Source: Cyanobacteriota bacterium
Lineage (GTDB): Bacteria > Cyanobacteriota > Cyanobacteriia > PCC-6307 > Cyanobiaceae
Assembly: GCA_046052125.1 (NCBI GenBank)
Contig: JBJOMY010000004.1
Span: 32,001-96,000 of the forward strand
Direction: 5' to 3'
Length of the DNA: 64,000 nt
A program made the position numbers and the translations under genes. The notes beneath the pieces were generated by a model. That model was not told the origin of the DNA. It worked only from the letters and a program-made list of their open reading frames with translations, and made no database searches. Positions 14,101-24,974 of the stretch are shown here, in pieces (position 1 is the first letter of the stretch; each line of letters opens with the position of its first letter).

Positions 14101-16929
14101 ATGCCCAGCAGCCCTCAGGCCTCAGCCGCCGCGCACCCCGTTGATGGTGGCGACGCCCCTGCCGCTGCCTTCGCTGCTGTGCCGCCCCTTGAGCAGCTGT
14201 TTCCCTTCCCGCTCGACGGCTTCCAGCTCGAGGCGATCGACGCCCTGAACCAGGGGCATTCGGTTGTGGTGAGTGCCCCCACCGGTTCGGGCAAAACCCT
14301 GGTGGGTGAATACGCGATTCATCGCGCCCTGGCCCACGGGCGCAAGGTGTTTTACACAACACCGCTCAAGGCGCTCTCCAACCAGAAGCTGCGCGATTTC
14401 CGCGAGCAGTTCGGCGCCGAGCGGGTGGGTCTGATGACCGGTGATCTCACGGTGAACCGTGAGGCCTCTGTGGTGGTGATGACCACCGAGATCTTCCGCA
14501 ACATGCTCTATGCGGAGGCCGATCAGGGCGAAGACCCGCTCGAGGATGTGGAGGCGGTGGTGCTCGATGAGTGCCACTACATGAACGATTCCCAGCGCGG
14601 CACGGTGTGGGAGGAATCGATCATTCACTGCCCGCCGGTGGTGCAGCTGGTGGCGCTCTCGGCCACGGTGGCCAATGCCGGGCAGCTCACCGACTGGATC
14701 GAGCGGGTGCACGGCCCCACCCAGTTGGTGATGAGCGACTTCCGGCCGGTGCCGCTGGCCTTCAGCTTCTGCAGCGCCAAGGGGCTCCATCCGCTGCTCA
14801 ATGACGAGGGCACTGGCCTTCACCCCAACTGCAAGGTATGGCGCGCCCCCAAGGGCAATAAGCGCAAGGGCCCGAAAACCCCTAAGCCACCCCAACCGGA
14901 GGCCCCGCCCCTGGGCTTTGTGGTGGCGCAGATGGCTGAGCGGGAGATGCTGCCGGCCATCTATTTCATCTTCAGCCGCCGCGGCTGCGACAAAGCGGTG
15001 CGCGATCTGGGCAAGGTGTGCCTGGTGTCGCCCGAGGAGCAGGCGCGGATCGCCGCCCGTCTCGAGGCGTTCATCGCGGCAACGCCGGAGGCCGTGCGCG
15101 ATGGCGGCCACGACGATGCCCTGCTGCGGGGGATCGCCGCCCACCACGCCGGTGTGTTGCCCGCCTGGAAGGAGCTGATCGAGGAGCTGTTCCAGCAGGG
15201 GCTGGTGAAGGTGGTGTTCGCCACCGAAACCCTGGCGGCGGGCATCAACATGCCGGCGCGGAGCACCGTGATCTCAGCGCTCTCCAAGCGCACCGAGCGG
15301 GGCCACCGGCCGCTGATGGGCAGTGAGTTTCTGCAGATGGCCGGCCGGGCCGGGCGGCGCGGGCTCGACACCCAGGGCTATGTGGTCACGGTGCAAAGCC
15401 GCTTTGAAGGGGTGCGGGAAGCGGGCCAGCTGGCCACGGCGCCCTCCGATCCGCTGGTGAGCCAGTTCACCCCCAGCTACGGCATGGTGCTCAACCTGCT
15501 GCAGCGCTACGACCTCGAGAAGGCCAAGGAGCTGGTGGAGCGCAGCTTCGGGCGCTACCTGGCCACCCTTGATCTGGCCGACGATGAGGCCCGCATCGCC
15601 GAACTGCGCGAGCAGCTCAGCCACCTCAGCGATGAGGCGGTGGAGGTGGCCTGGGACGACTTTGAGGACTACGAGAAGCAGCGCGGCCGGCTGCGGGAAG
15701 AGCGGCGCCTTTTGCGGATCCTGCAGCAGCAGGCCGAGGAGACCCTCGCCCACGAACTCACTCTGGCGCTGCGCTTTGCCAGCGAAGGTGCCCTGGTGAG
15801 CCTGAAGGCTCCGGTGCTGCGCGGCCGGGTGACGCCGGCCGTGATTGTGGAGAAGGTGGAGGGGCCGGGCCAATTCCCGTTGTTGCTCTGCCTCACCGAT
15901 GACAACGTGTGGGTGCTGGTGCCCTGCACGGCCGTGGTGAGCCTGCACGCCGAGCTCAGCTGCCTGCAGGTGAAAGAGATCACGGCGCCCGAGCTGCATC
16001 GCGCCGGTGAGCTGCGCCATGGCGATCAGGCCAGCGGCGGTCTGGCTCTGGCGGTGGCCCACATGGCCCGCCGCCACGACATGACCACCCCGCAATACGA
16101 CCTGGCGGGTGAGGTGCAGGCCCAGGCCCACCTGGTGCGTGAGCTGGAGCTGGCTCTGGAGCTGCATCCGGCCCACCACGCCGGCGACCGCAAGAAGCTG
16201 CGCAAGCAGCGGTTCCGCATCGAGGAGCTGGAAGCGGAGATCGAAGAGCGGCAGCGGATCCTGCACTACCGCGCCAACCGCCACTGGGAAACGGTGCTGG
16301 CGTTGATCGAGATCCTGCGCCATTTCGGCTGTCTGGCGGGCGATGAGGGCCTCGATCCCACGGAGATCGGCCGCACCGTGGGGGCCTTGCGCGGCGACAA
16401 CGAGCTCTGGCTTGGCCTGGCGCTGATGAGCGGGCACCTGGATGAGCTCGATCCGGCTGATCTAGCCGCAGTGCTGGAGGTGATCTCCACCGAGGTGAAC
16501 CGTCCCGACCTGTGGAGTGGCTTCCCACCCCCGCCCGCTGCTGAAGAGGCCCTGCATGATCTGCGCGGCATCCGCCGCGAGCTGCAGCGGCTGCAGGAGC
16601 GGGCCTCGGTGGTGATGCCGCTTTGGTTTGAGCCCGAGCTGATGGGCCTGGTGCACGCCTGGGCCAAGGGCGTGAGCTGGAACGACCTGATCGCCAACAC
16701 CTCGTTGGATGAAGGCGATGTGGTGCGGATCATGCGCCGCACCGTGGATCTGCTGGCCCAGATCCCCTACTGCGAAGCGATCAGCGAGCAGCTGCGCAGC
16801 AATGCCCGCACCGCCCTCAAGGCGATCAACCGCTTCCCGGTGTGCGAGCCGATCGATCTGCTGGCGGGTGGGACTGGGCCCAATCCCGCCACCGAGCGCA
16901 GCGCCACGGCGCCGACTACTTCGGCCTGA
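14101..16929 (+). CDS. helY: Ski2/HelY-family DEAD/DEAH RNA helicase
   Basis: APTGSGKT, DECH, SAT, QMAGRAGRRG, C-terminal DSHCT-like EGDVVR. Confidence 0.92.
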   Translation: MPSSPQASAAAHPVDGGDAPAAAFAAVPPLEQLFPFPLDGFQLEAIDALNQGHSVVVSAPTGSGKTLVGEYAIHRALAHGRKVFYTTPLKALSNQKLRDFREQFGAERVGLMTGDLTVNREASVVVMTTEIFRNMLYAEADQGEDPLEDVEAVVLDECHYMNDSQRGTVWEESIIHCPPVVQLVALSATVANAGQLTDWIERVHGPTQLVMSDFRPVPLAFSFCSAKGLHPLLNDEGTGLHPNCKVWRAPKGNKRKGPKTPKPPQPEAPPLGFVVAQMAEREMLPAIYFIFSRRGCDKAVRDLGKVCLVSPEEQARIAARLEAFIAATPEAVRDGGHDDALLRGIAAHHAGVLPAWKELIEELFQQGLVKVVFATETLAAGINMPARSTVISALSKRTERGHRPLMGSEFLQMAGRAGRRGLDTQGYVVTVQSRFEGVREAGQLATAPSDPLVSQFTPSYGMVLNLLQRYDLEKAKELVERSFGRYLATLDLADDEARIAELREQLSHLSDEAVEVAWDDFEDYEKQRGRLREERRLLRILQQQAEETLAHELTLALRFASEGALVSLKAPVLRGRVTPAVIVEKVEGPGQFPLLLCLTDDNVWVLVPCTAVVSLHAELSCLQVKEITAPELHRAGELRHGDQASGGLALAVAHMARRHDMTTPQYDLAGEVQAQAHLVRELELALELHPAHHAGDRKKLRKQRFRIEELEAEIEERQRILHYRANRHWETVLALIEILRHFGCLAGDEGLDPTEIGRTVGALRGDNELWLGLALMSGHLDELDPADLAAVLEVISTEVNRPDLWSGFPPPPAAEEALHDLRGIRRELQRLQERASVVMPLWFEPELMGLVHAWAKGVSWNDLIANTSLDEGDVVRIMRRTVDLLAQIPYCEAISEQLRSNARTALKAINRFPVCEPIDLLAGGTGPNPATERSATAPTTSA

Positions 16930-17044
16930 GCACCAGCCACACGATCAGCAGCAGGCCGGTGGTGCTCACCACGGTGTAGATCCAGTCGGCGTAGGGCGTG
17001 TAAAACAGCGCCAGGGGCTGTAGGGCTGCCAGCAGTGCGTTCAT
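16916..17044 (-). CDS. Small single-TM protein, 42 aa (not in ORF track)
   Basis: MNALLAALQPLALFYTPYADWIYTVVSTTGLLLIVWLVLRPK; GGAGG 4 nt before ATG. Confidence 0.6.
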   Translation of the reverse strand: MNALLAALQPLALFYTPYADWIYTVVSTTGLLLIVWLVLRPK

Positions 17045-17094
17045 GGTTCCTCCCCCAGGCCTGTGGGTAGCGTGCCAGCAGGGGCTGTGGCGCC

Positions 17095-17529
17095 GTGATC
17101 AATCCCTCCCGCATCCGCATCCTGGCGGTGGGCAAGGTGCGCAAGGGTTGGGTACTCGAGGGCATCGCCACCTACCTCAAGCGCTTGCCCGGCTTGCAGG
17201 TGGTGGAGCTCCGGGATGCCGGCAAAGCCAAGGAGGCTGAAGCTGTTCTGGCTGCCGTGCAGCCAGGGGAGCAGCTGGTGGTGATGGCTGAGGAGGGCCA
17301 AACCTTTGATTCACCAGCTTTCGCCGAGCGGCTTGAGGGCTCGGGTTCAGAACGGCTGGTGTTTGTGATTGGCGGGGCTGAAGGCATCGATCCAGCCCTC
17401 AAGGCTCGCGCCAGCTGGAAGCTCAGCCTCTCGCCGATGACCTTCCCCCACGAGCTGGCGCGGCTGCTCCTCCTGGAGCAGCTGTATCGGGCCCTCTCGA
17501 TTCAGCAGGGCGGGCCGTATCACAAATGA
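17095..17529 (+). CDS. rlmH: 23S rRNA m3psi1915 methyltransferase
   Basis: [35 protein letters not shown]. Confidence 0.96.
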   Translation: MINPSRIRILAVGKVRKGWVLEGIATYLKRLPGLQVVELRDAGKAKEAEAVLAAVQPGEQLVVMAEEGQTFDSPAFAERLEGSGSERLVFVIGGAEGIDPALKARASWKLSLSPMTFPHELARLLLLEQLYRALSIQQGGPYHK

Positions 17530-17583
17530 ACTGGCCTTGACTCTGTACGGACAGTTCGGAACTCTTGGGTGTGAAGCCTGGCT

Positions 17584-17796
17584 TCAGAGCGTCACTGTTG
17601 CCACGCTGGTCCGAGTCGCCGGCGTTGGCTGTTCATCGGCTGTCAGCCCCTCAAGGTGGAAGGCGATCGCTTCACGGATTTCCTCGAGCACAGCCTCTTT
17701 ACTCGCCCCAGTGGCCACGCACCCAGGCAAGTCAGGCACGTGGGCTGAGAAGTTGCCTTCGGCCTCCTCAATCACAACGGCAAATCGTTGGCTCAT
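17584..17796 (-). CDS. hicB: HicB antitoxin (short form, no evident DNA-binding domain)
   Basis: FAVVIEE..FSAHVPDLPGCVATG...EIREAIAFHLEGL; 70 aa from ATG at 17796. Confidence 0.9.
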   Translation of the reverse strand: MSQRFAVVIEEAEGNFSAHVPDLPGCVATGASKEAVLEEIREAIAFHLEGLTADEQPTPATRTSVATVTL

Positions 17797-17842
17797 GGCA
17801 AGTGGATCGGCGCTGGGGAGATGAGGCTTGAGAACAACATGC

Positions 17843-18034
17843 TCAGAGAAAACGCAGGCCGGATTGCCGGGCAATGCTCTTCAACGTGCCGATTGCCAGA
17901 TCATCGCTGGGCTTACCAGCAACCGTAACGCGACCTGGCCGCACAGGATGCTTGAACTGGCGATGGCTGCCGCGGGTGGCCACTAGCTGCCAGCCATCGG
18001 CTTCCAGCCTTCTGATCACCTCCCTGATCTGCAC
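17843..18034 (-). CDS. hicA: HicA mRNA interferase toxin
   Basis: EVIRRLEADGW...RGSHRQFKHP...VTV..DLAIGTLKSI; catalytic GSH; start GTG 18034 or TTG 18052. Confidence 0.92.
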   Translation of the reverse strand: MQIREVIRRLEADGWQLVATRGSHRQFKHPVRPGRVTVAGKPSDDLAIGTLKSIARQSGLRFL

Positions 18035-18035
18035 C

Positions 18036-18065
18036 GGCTGAACACAGATCAACCTGTGTTCAGCC
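18036..18065. promoter_or_regulatory. 12-bp perfect inverted repeat immediately upstream of hicA
   Basis: GGCTGAACACAG-ATCAAC-CTGTGTTCAGCC. Confidence 0.7.
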
Positions 18066-18116
18066 TCCTCGCGTTGGATGCATCTGGCATCCGTGGCTCC
18101 ACCGAATCTTTTCGGC

Positions 18117-19412
18117 TTAGATCCCCAGACGCTCCCAGATCACGCCCAGGTTGGCCTGGTGCAGTTCGGTGGCGAAGCACTCGGCCAGCTGTTCGGGGCT
18201 GAGGTGTGAGGTCACCTCCGCATCGGCCTCGAGGTTGGCGCGGAAGTTACCGCCTTCGGTGTTCCAGGCGGTGTGGGCGTTGCGCTGCACGATCCGGTAA
18301 GCGTCTTCGCGGTTGATGCCGCTCTCCACCAGGGCCAGGAGCACCCGCTGGCTGAACACCACGCCGCCGTACACATTCATGTTGCGGGCCATGTTCTCGG
18401 GGTAGACCCCCAGACCCTTCACCACATCGGTCATCTCCCGCAGCATGAAGTGCAGGGTCACCGAGCAGTCGGGCAGCATCATCCGCTCCACGGAGCTGTG
18501 GCTGATGTCGCGCTCATGCCAGAGGGCGCAGTTTTCCAGCGCGGCCACCACATAGCTGCGCAGCACCCGGGCCAGGCCGCTGATGCGCTCGCTGCGGATC
18601 GGGTTGCGCTTGTGGGGCATGGCGGAGCTGCCCTTCTGCCCCTTGGCGAAGTTCTCCTCCACCTCGAGCACATCGGTGCGCTGCATGTTGCGGATCTCGG
18701 TGGAGAAGCGCTCCAGAGCAGCGCCCACCAAGGCGAGCGTTTGGATGTACTCGGCGTGGCGATCGCGGGAGATCACCTGGGTGCTGGCGGTGTCGGGCAC
18801 CAGGCCGAGCTTGGCGCAGGCGATCTCCTCCACCCGCGGATCGGTGTTGGCATAGGTGCCCATGGCGCCGGAGATCTGGCCCACGCTCACGGCCTGCTCA
18901 AGGCGCTCAAGCCGCTCCTGGTTGCGCACCACTTCGGCCAGCCAACCGGCCACCTTGAAGCCGAAGGTGATCGGCTCGCCGTGGATGGCGTGGGAGCGGC
19001 CGATCATCACGGTGCCCTTGTGGGCGCGGGCCAGTTCGCGCAGGGCGTCGGCTAGCTTGTCGAGCTCGGTGCGCAGTAGTTGCACCGAAGCCTTCATCTG
19101 CAGGGCCACGCCGGTGTCGAGCACATCCGAGCTGGTCATGCCCACGTGGATGTAGCGGCCGGCATCGCCCACGTGCTCGTTCACGTTGGTGAGGAAGGCG
19201 ATCACGTCGTGACGAACCTCGGCCTCGATCTCGAGAATGCGCTCCACGCTGAAGCTGGCCTTCTCCTTGATCGTGGCCACGGCCTCGGCGGGCACGCGGC
19301 CCAGCTCGCAGTTGGCTTCGGTGGCGGCGATCTCCACGTCGAGCCAGCTCTGGAACTTCGCCTGTTCGCTCCAGATGGCGCCCATCTCGGGCAGGGTGTA
19401 ACGCTCGATCAA
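18117..19412 (-). CDS. purB: Adenylosuccinate lyase
   Basis: MIERY, GSSAMPHKRNP, WHERDISHSS. Confidence 0.98.
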   Translation of the reverse strand: MIERYTLPEMGAIWSEQAKFQSWLDVEIAATEANCELGRVPAEAVATIKEKASFSVERILEIEAEVRHDVIAFLTNVNEHVGDAGRYIHVGMTSSDVLDTGVALQMKASVQLLRTELDKLADALRELARAHKGTVMIGRSHAIHGEPITFGFKVAGWLAEVVRNQERLERLEQAVSVGQISGAMGTYANTDPRVEEIACAKLGLVPDTASTQVISRDRHAEYIQTLALVGAALERFSTEIRNMQRTDVLEVEENFAKGQKGSSAMPHKRNPIRSERISGLARVLRSYVVAALENCALWHERDISHSSVERMMLPDCSVTLHFMLREMTDVVKGLGVYPENMARNMNVYGGVVFSQRVLLALVESGINREDAYRIVQRNAHTAWNTEGGNFRANLEADAEVTSHLSPEQLAECFATELHQANLGVIWERLGI

Positions 19413-19477
19413 GGCCGCCGCGGGCTCACATCGAGACCAATGTATGGAACGGCGTTCAAGCGGTCCTTAGACCCGCT

Positions 19478-19672
19478 TCAGGCCACGGAGGTGAGCTTGC
19501 GGTGCTCCACCTCCCACTGCACCAGCTGCCCCCAGGCCTGTTGGCGTACCCAGCAGCGGCCGCCGCGGCAGTGGATCAGCTGAAAGGGGGGCAGGTCGTC
19601 GGGCTGGTTGCGCAGTTTCACGAAGCTGCCGGGTTGGAGCAGTTCCACCACGTTGGATTGGATGCTCGCCAT
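19478..19672 (-). CDS. Small hypothetical protein, about 64 aa
   Basis: MASIQSNVVELLQPGSFVKLRNQPDDLPPFQLIHCRGGRCWVRQQAWG; coding-like codon usage in intergenic gap. Confidence 0.7.
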   Translation of the reverse strand: MASIQSNVVELLQPGSFVKLRNQPDDLPPFQLIHCRGGRCWVRQQAWGQLVQWEVEHRKLTSVA

Positions 19673-19789
19673 GGAAGGCCCTGTGTTGAACGCCATCCTC
19701 TGGAGTGTTCCCCTGATTCCGCCCGCAGCCCCCGTTTTTGTTCCGTTTCCCCTGTGCTTTTGTGACAGCACATCAGCACATCGCCGTTG

Positions 19790-20665
19790 ATGGGCCGCAA
19801 GCAACGCCTGGATCTGCAGCTGGTGGAGCTGGGCCTGGCCGCCAGCCGTCAGCAGGCGCAACAGCTGATCCGGGCCGGCAAGGTGCGCAGCGGTGATCGC
19901 GTGCTCGATAAGCCCGGTCTGGAAGTGTTGCCGGAGATGCCGTTCGAGGTGGAGCAGCCGCCCCGGTTTGTTTCGCGCGGTGGTGAAAAGCTCCTGGGTG
20001 CCCTGGAGGCCTTCCCGATCGACCCGGCCGGGCGGGTGTGCCTCGATGGCGGCATCTCCACCGGCGGCTTTAGCGATTGCCTGCTGCAACACGGGGCCAC
20101 CCGGGTCTACGGCGTGGATGTGGGCTATGGCCAAACCGCCTGGAGCCTGCGCACCGATCCGCGCTTGGTGCTCAAGGAACGCACCAACCTGCGCCATCTG
20201 CAGCCGGAGGATCTCTATGGAGAGAACGATCCCTGGCCGGATCTGGCGGTGGCGGATGTGTCGTTCATCCGCCTGGCGCTGGTGCTTCCTGCCATCGGCC
20301 GCTTGCTAAAGCCCGAGCGCCGAGAGGCGCTGCTGCTGGTGAAGCCGCAGTTTGAGGTGGGCAAAGAGCGCGTGGGTAAAGGCGGCGTGGTGCGCGACCC
20401 GGCCGCCCATGTGGATGCGATTGAGGGTGTGATTGAAGCGGCCGCGGCGGAGGGTTGGAGCGCCTGCGGGGTCACCGCCTCGCCGATCACCGGGCCGGCG
20501 GGCAACCACGAATACCTGCTCTGGTTGCGCAGCGGCGACTGGTCTGAGCTGCCGCCGGCGAGCGTGCCTGCCACCGGAGCCGCCGCGGAGCCACAAAAAA
20601 AAGCCCGGGCCGCCCCTGAAGCAGAGGCGATCCGGTGCTTGGTGGCTGAAACCCTGGGGGCTTGA
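19790..20665 (+). CDS. tlyA: TlyA-family RNA 2'-O-methyltransferase (S4 + FtsJ)
   Basis: RLDLQLV, FVSRGGEKL, STGGF, LVKPQFE, GNHEYL. Confidence 0.93.
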   Translation: MGRKQRLDLQLVELGLAASRQQAQQLIRAGKVRSGDRVLDKPGLEVLPEMPFEVEQPPRFVSRGGEKLLGALEAFPIDPAGRVCLDGGISTGGFSDCLLQHGATRVYGVDVGYGQTAWSLRTDPRLVLKERTNLRHLQPEDLYGENDPWPDLAVADVSFIRLALVLPAIGRLLKPERREALLLVKPQFEVGKERVGKGGVVRDPAAHVDAIEGVIEAAAAEGWSACGVTASPITGPAGNHEYLLWLRSGDWSELPPASVPATGAAAEPQKKARAAPEAEAIRCLVAETLGA

Positions 20666-20701
20666 ACGGCCCCCCATGTTGTGCGCCGAGGGGCGGCGGC
20701 G

Positions 20702-21064
<363 letters not shown>

Positions 21065-21159
21065 TCAGTCGGGGACAGTCTCTCAGGAATTCTGGAAAGA
21101 CAGGCGCGGTGCTGGGCTCCGCGGCAAGGCCATTAGGCCGCAGCTTTCGGGGCAGGGGT

Positions 21160-21173
21160 GTTGCGGTTGCTAC
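21160..21173 (-). promoter_or_regulatory. Possible degenerate NtcA site upstream of glnB
   Basis: Minus strand GTA-GCAACCGC-AAC (one mismatch to GTA-N8-TAC), about 120 nt before glnB. Confidence 0.35.
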
Positions 21174-21229
21174 CGCTGCGGTGGGCCGGGGGCGGCTGCC
21201 TAGCATCCGGCCTTGAACCTTCCCTGCCG

Positions 21230-21631
21230 ATGAGCGCCGATCAGACCCGCACGCCCCTCTATGGAGAGCGGGCCATTGCAGAAGCGGAGCTGATCTGCTT
21301 TGACAATCCCCGCCCCGGCCGGGCCTACGAGGTGGCCATCACACTGCCGGAGTTCACCTGCAAGTGCCCCTTCTCCGGCTACCCCGATTTCGCCACCCTG
21401 CGCCTGCTCTATCAACCCGGACCCCGGGTGATGGAGCTCAAGGCGATCAAGCTGTATGTGAACAGCTACCGCGATCGCTCCATCTCCCACGAGGAAGTGA
21501 CCAACCGCATCCTTGACGACTTCGTGGCGGCTTGCGAGCCGGTGTGGATGCAGCTGGAGGCCGACTTCAATCCCCGCGGCAACGTTCACACCGTGATTCG
21601 CACCAGCCACGGCACCCGTCAGCCCTGCTGA
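21230..21631 (+). CDS. queF: 7-cyano-7-deazaguanine (preQ0) reductase
   Basis: [31 protein letters not shown]. Confidence 0.96.
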   Translation: MSADQTRTPLYGERAIAEAELICFDNPRPGRAYEVAITLPEFTCKCPFSGYPDFATLRLLYQPGPRVMELKAIKLYVNSYRDRSISHEEVTNRILDDFVAACEPVWMQLEADFNPRGNVHTVIRTSHGTRQPC

Positions 21632-22914
21632 AGCTCCGCAAGCAGAGCCGGCAGTTCTCTGGAAAAGGCCGCCAGGTTGCGGTTGCACAGGCCTGCCACG
21701 TGCAGTTTGTGCTGATCCGGCTCGGCGATCGCCCAGAGCTGGCGTGTGGCGATCAGGCTGAGCGCCCCGCCCGCCAGGGCGATCGCAAAGCCGGCGTACA
21801 CCAGCGGCACACCCGGATCCCGTTTCAGCAGCAGACCGCTGGCGGGCACCACGCCGGCAATGGTTAAGGGGATGCCGGCGATCTCCTCGGCGCTGCCCCC
21901 AGGCACCAGGGTGCCCAACACCTCCGCATCGGCGGAATACACCGTGACGGGCCCCTCCTCGCTGGACAGGGCCAGCAGCACCGGGTTGCTGCCATCGGGG
22001 CGGGTGGGCAGCACAATCCCCCACACCTGCTCGCCCAGCTGCGGGAAGCTCTGAAGCGGAAGCTCCAGGATGGGGCTCTTGCCCAGTTGCACCTGAATCG
22101 CCGCCAGAGCCCAGTCCGCCTGGTACACCGTCATCCCCTGGAAGCGCAGCGGATGATTCACGCTGATTTCGCGGGTGGTGGCTGCTGGGGCGTCTGGGCT
22201 GGAGGGGTCGCCCGGTTGCAAGAGCAGCTGGGATCTGAATTGCTCCGGCCGGCCGGCCGGGTCGCGCTCGATCCCAAAGGCCTCAAGCCCAACCGTGAGC
22301 TGGGTTTGGCCGCGGCGGTTGAGCAGCTCCAGTTCGTTGCCGGGGGCGAGGAAGCGCTCCAGACGCTGACCGGCCAGGGCACCCCAGGCGGCCCCCACCA
22401 TCAGCACTACCAGGCCCGCATGCACGAGCAGGGGGCCCACACGGCCGCTGGCCCCGCGGCGAGCCGCCAGGCGATGGGCCTGGGGTTGCACCTGCCAGCC
22501 CCGTTGGCTGAGCAGCTGTTGCAGCCGGTTCAGCTCTTGATCGGCATCGCTGCAGTTGAGGGTTTCCGCCAGGTTGAGCTTGCTGAGCTGGCGCGGGCTG
22601 CTGTAGTCGATCCAGCGCAACGCCGCTTGCAGGGCCGGCCACTGCCGCCGCCAGCTGCAAAGGATCAACGAGAGCCCCAGCCAGGCAAGGAGTGCCAGAA
22701 ACCAGCTGCTCGAATACACGTGATCGAGTTGCAGCATCAGCAGCGCGTCGCCATTGAACAGCCCGAGCCAGGGCTGGGCGTCGTAGACGCGGTGATACAG
22801 CTCAGCGCTCTCTTTCTGGGGCACGAGTGTGCCGAGGCCGCTGGCCACGGCAATCACGATCAACAGGCCAATGGCCAGGCGCAGGTCGGAGATCCAGGCG
22901 ATCAGGCGTTTCAT
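21619..22914 (-). CDS. ccs1: Cytochrome c biogenesis protein Ccs1/ResB
   Basis: [36 protein letters not shown]. Confidence 0.93.
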   Translation of the reverse strand: MKRLIAWISDLRLAIGLLIVIAVASGLGTLVPQKESAELYHRVYDAQPWLGLFNGDALLMLQLDHVYSSSWFLALLAWLGLSLILCSWRRQWPALQAALRWIDYSSPRQLSKLNLAETLNCSDADQELNRLQQLLSQRGWQVQPQAHRLAARRGASGRVGPLLVHAGLVVLMVGAAWGALAGQRLERFLAPGNELELLNRRGQTQLTVGLEAFGIERDPAGRPEQFRSQLLLQPGDPSSPDAPAATTREISVNHPLRFQGMTVYQADWALAAIQVQLGKSPILELPLQSFPQLGEQVWGIVLPTRPDGSNPVLLALSSEEGPVTVYSADAEVLGTLVPGGSAEEIAGIPLTIAGVVPASGLLLKRDPGVPLVYAGFAIALAGGALSLIATRQLWAIAEPDQHKLHVAGLCNRNLAAFSRELPALLAELQQG

Positions 22915-22933
22915 CAACAAGTGCGTGGATGGC

Positions 22934-23650
22934 TCAGCCCCAGCGGGCCAGAAGGGTGAGTGTGCCTGTGGCCAGGAGCACCACGCCGCTGATGGTGGGC
23001 ACCCATTGGCCCAGGGCGCGCAGGGCGAGCAGGCGGGGCACCCAAGCAGCTGCCGTGCCCGCCAGCAGAAGAGGCATCACCTGGCCGGCGGCAAAGGCGG
23101 TGAGCAGCACCACCCCCGCCAGGGGATCACCGGCTTGGGCGATCCAGGCCAGCAGCACCGCCAACACCGGCGTGGTGCAGGGAGAGGCCGCCAGGCCAAA
23201 GGCGAGCCCCGCCGCCAGCGGTGCCAGCGCCTTGGGAACCCGCTGGCGCCATTGTTCGGGGTCGGGGCCGCTGGGCAGCCGCAGGGGCAGGAGCCCGAGC
23301 AGGTTCAGCCCCATCAGCAGGGCAAGCACAGCCACCAGCGTGGGGATCAGCCCTGGCACCTGCCCGTAGATCCGCCCGAGGGCACCGCTGGCCAGGCCAA
23401 GCAGCACCAGGGAGGCCACGATCCCGCCGCAGAAGCTGAGGCTGCGTTGCCAGGGCCGTTCCTGCTGATCATCGAAACCCGCCAGATAGGCCAGGGTCAC
23501 CGGCAGCAGCGAGAGCGAGCAGGGGCCGAGGCTTGTGATCAACCCGCCGGCAAAGACCAACAGCAGCGTGAAAGCTCCCGGATGGGCCAGGGAGTTGCTG
23601 AGCAGCTGTTCACCACTGCGGGCCCAATCCGCCAGGGCCGGAGCCAGCAT
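22934..23650 (-). CDS. ccdA: Cytochrome c biogenesis thiol-disulfide transporter
   Basis: TSLGPC and ASPCTTP redox cysteines; about 6 TM. Confidence 0.93.
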   Translation of the reverse strand: MLAPALADWARSGEQLLSNSLAHPGAFTLLLVFAGGLITSLGPCSLSLLPVTLAYLAGFDDQQERPWQRSLSFCGGIVASLVLLGLASGALGRIYGQVPGLIPTLVAVLALLMGLNLLGLLPLRLPSGPDPEQWRQRVPKALAPLAAGLAFGLAASPCTTPVLAVLLAWIAQAGDPLAGVVLLTAFAAGQVMPLLLAGTAAAWVPRLLALRALGQWVPTISGVVLLATGTLTLLARWG

Positions 23651-23675
23651 CGCGGTGATCTGTGTTGCGGTGGCG

Positions 23676-24869
23676 TCAGCCTATCGAGAGGCTCTCGCCA
23701 GCTGAGCGCAGCCGCTCCTCGCGCCGGCGTGGCCGGCCGGGTTCAAGGCCAGCGCCCTCGAGGGCACAGCGCAACAGCAAACCAGCGGTGAGCAGGCTGG
23801 AGAGCAGGGAGTTACCGCCGTAGCTGATCATCGGCAGGGGAAGGCCAGTGGTGGGCATGGCGCCGCTGGCCACGGCGATATTCAGGATCGATTGACCCAC
23901 CAGCAAGGTGGTGCAGCCAATCGCCACGAGGCGTTGTTGATTGCTGCGGCAGCTCAATGCCACTCGCAGGCCCACAAAGCCGAACAGCAGCAGAAACAGC
24001 AACAGCAGCACCGAGCCCACGTAGCCGAATTCCTCGGCGAACACAGCAAAGATGAAATCCGTGCTCTGGATCGGCAGGTATTGCAGCTTCTGGGTGGAGA
24101 GGCCAAACCCTTCACCCCAGAGTCCGCCAGAGCCGATGGCGAGCAGGCTCTGCACCAGCTGGTAGCCATCGCCCTGGGCATCCGTCCAGGGGTTGAGGAA
24201 GGAGGTCACCCGGATGCGTTGGTACTCGTTGATCGAGATGCTGCCGATGGCCACCGTGAGGCCCAGCCCTGCGCTGCCCAACATCGCCCAGAGGGGTAGG
24301 CCGGAGGCCAACGCCATCAACCAAAGCAGCATCCCGCAGAGCGCCGCGGTGCTGAGGTTGGGCTGTTTGAGGATCAGCCCGAGCGTGACAGCAAACACGC
24401 CCATCCAGATCAACTTCTGATCGGGCGCGATGCGGCTCCAGTGGGAAAACAGCGCTGCCCCTTGCAGCACCAAAAACGGTTTGATCAGCTCCGTGGGCTG
24501 CAGCTGAATCGGGCCGATCACCAGCCAACGGCTGGCGCCGTTCACGGTGCTGCCGATCACCAGGGTGAGAGCCACCATCACCATGCCCACCAGCAGGGCG
24601 GGCCCAGCCATCCGCAGCCAGCGCCGCAGGTTGATCTTCAGGCCGAGGTAGAGCAGCCCCCAGCTGGCCACCAGCCAGATGGCCTGACGTTTGAGGTAGT
24701 AGGTGGGATCTCCCATCTCACGGGCCGCTACCCACCAGCTGGCGGAGCCCAGCACCACCAGGCCCAGGGCACACCACAGCGCCACCATGCCCAGCAGCAG
24801 CCGCGCCTCGGCGGGCCATTGCTTGAAGGGCACCGGCAACAGGCTGGGTGGGTTGGCAGGACGGGCCAA
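23676..24869 (-). CDS. ftsW: SEDS-family cell division protein
   Basis: GASRW, QPTELIK, LKQPNLST, YLPIQSTDFIF, LPMISYGG. Confidence 0.93.
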   Translation of the reverse strand: MARPANPPSLLPVPFKQWPAEARLLLGMVALWCALGLVVLGSASWWVAAREMGDPTYYLKRQAIWLVASWGLLYLGLKINLRRWLRMAGPALLVGMVMVALTLVIGSTVNGASRWLVIGPIQLQPTELIKPFLVLQGAALFSHWSRIAPDQKLIWMGVFAVTLGLILKQPNLSTAALCGMLLWLMALASGLPLWAMLGSAGLGLTVAIGSISINEYQRIRVTSFLNPWTDAQGDGYQLVQSLLAIGSGGLWGEGFGLSTQKLQYLPIQSTDFIFAVFAEEFGYVGSVLLLLFLLLFGFVGLRVALSCRSNQQRLVAIGCTTLLVGQSILNIAVASGAMPTTGLPLPMISYGGNSLLSSLLTAGLLLRCALEGAGLEPGRPRRREERLRSAGESLSIG

Positions 24870-24923
24870 AGCTGAGCCGTTAAGAGGATCCGACTATCCC
24901 GTATTTCCCAGCGGCTTGCCAAT

Positions 24924-24950
24924 AAAAAAGCCCGGCAATGCCGGGCTTTT
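24924..24950 (-). terminator. Intrinsic terminator after apcABC
   Basis: AAAAAAGCCCGGCA-A-TGCCGGGCTTTT, A/T tracts on both sides. Confidence 0.85.
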
Positions 24951-24974
24951 GAAGAATTAATGGAGCGCTGAAGA

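Noticed and set aside
19478..19672. Possible NdhS call for the small ORF
   Set aside because: Only the PGxxV start is similar; lacks NdhS GxVQRxxDGxxAVLFE motif
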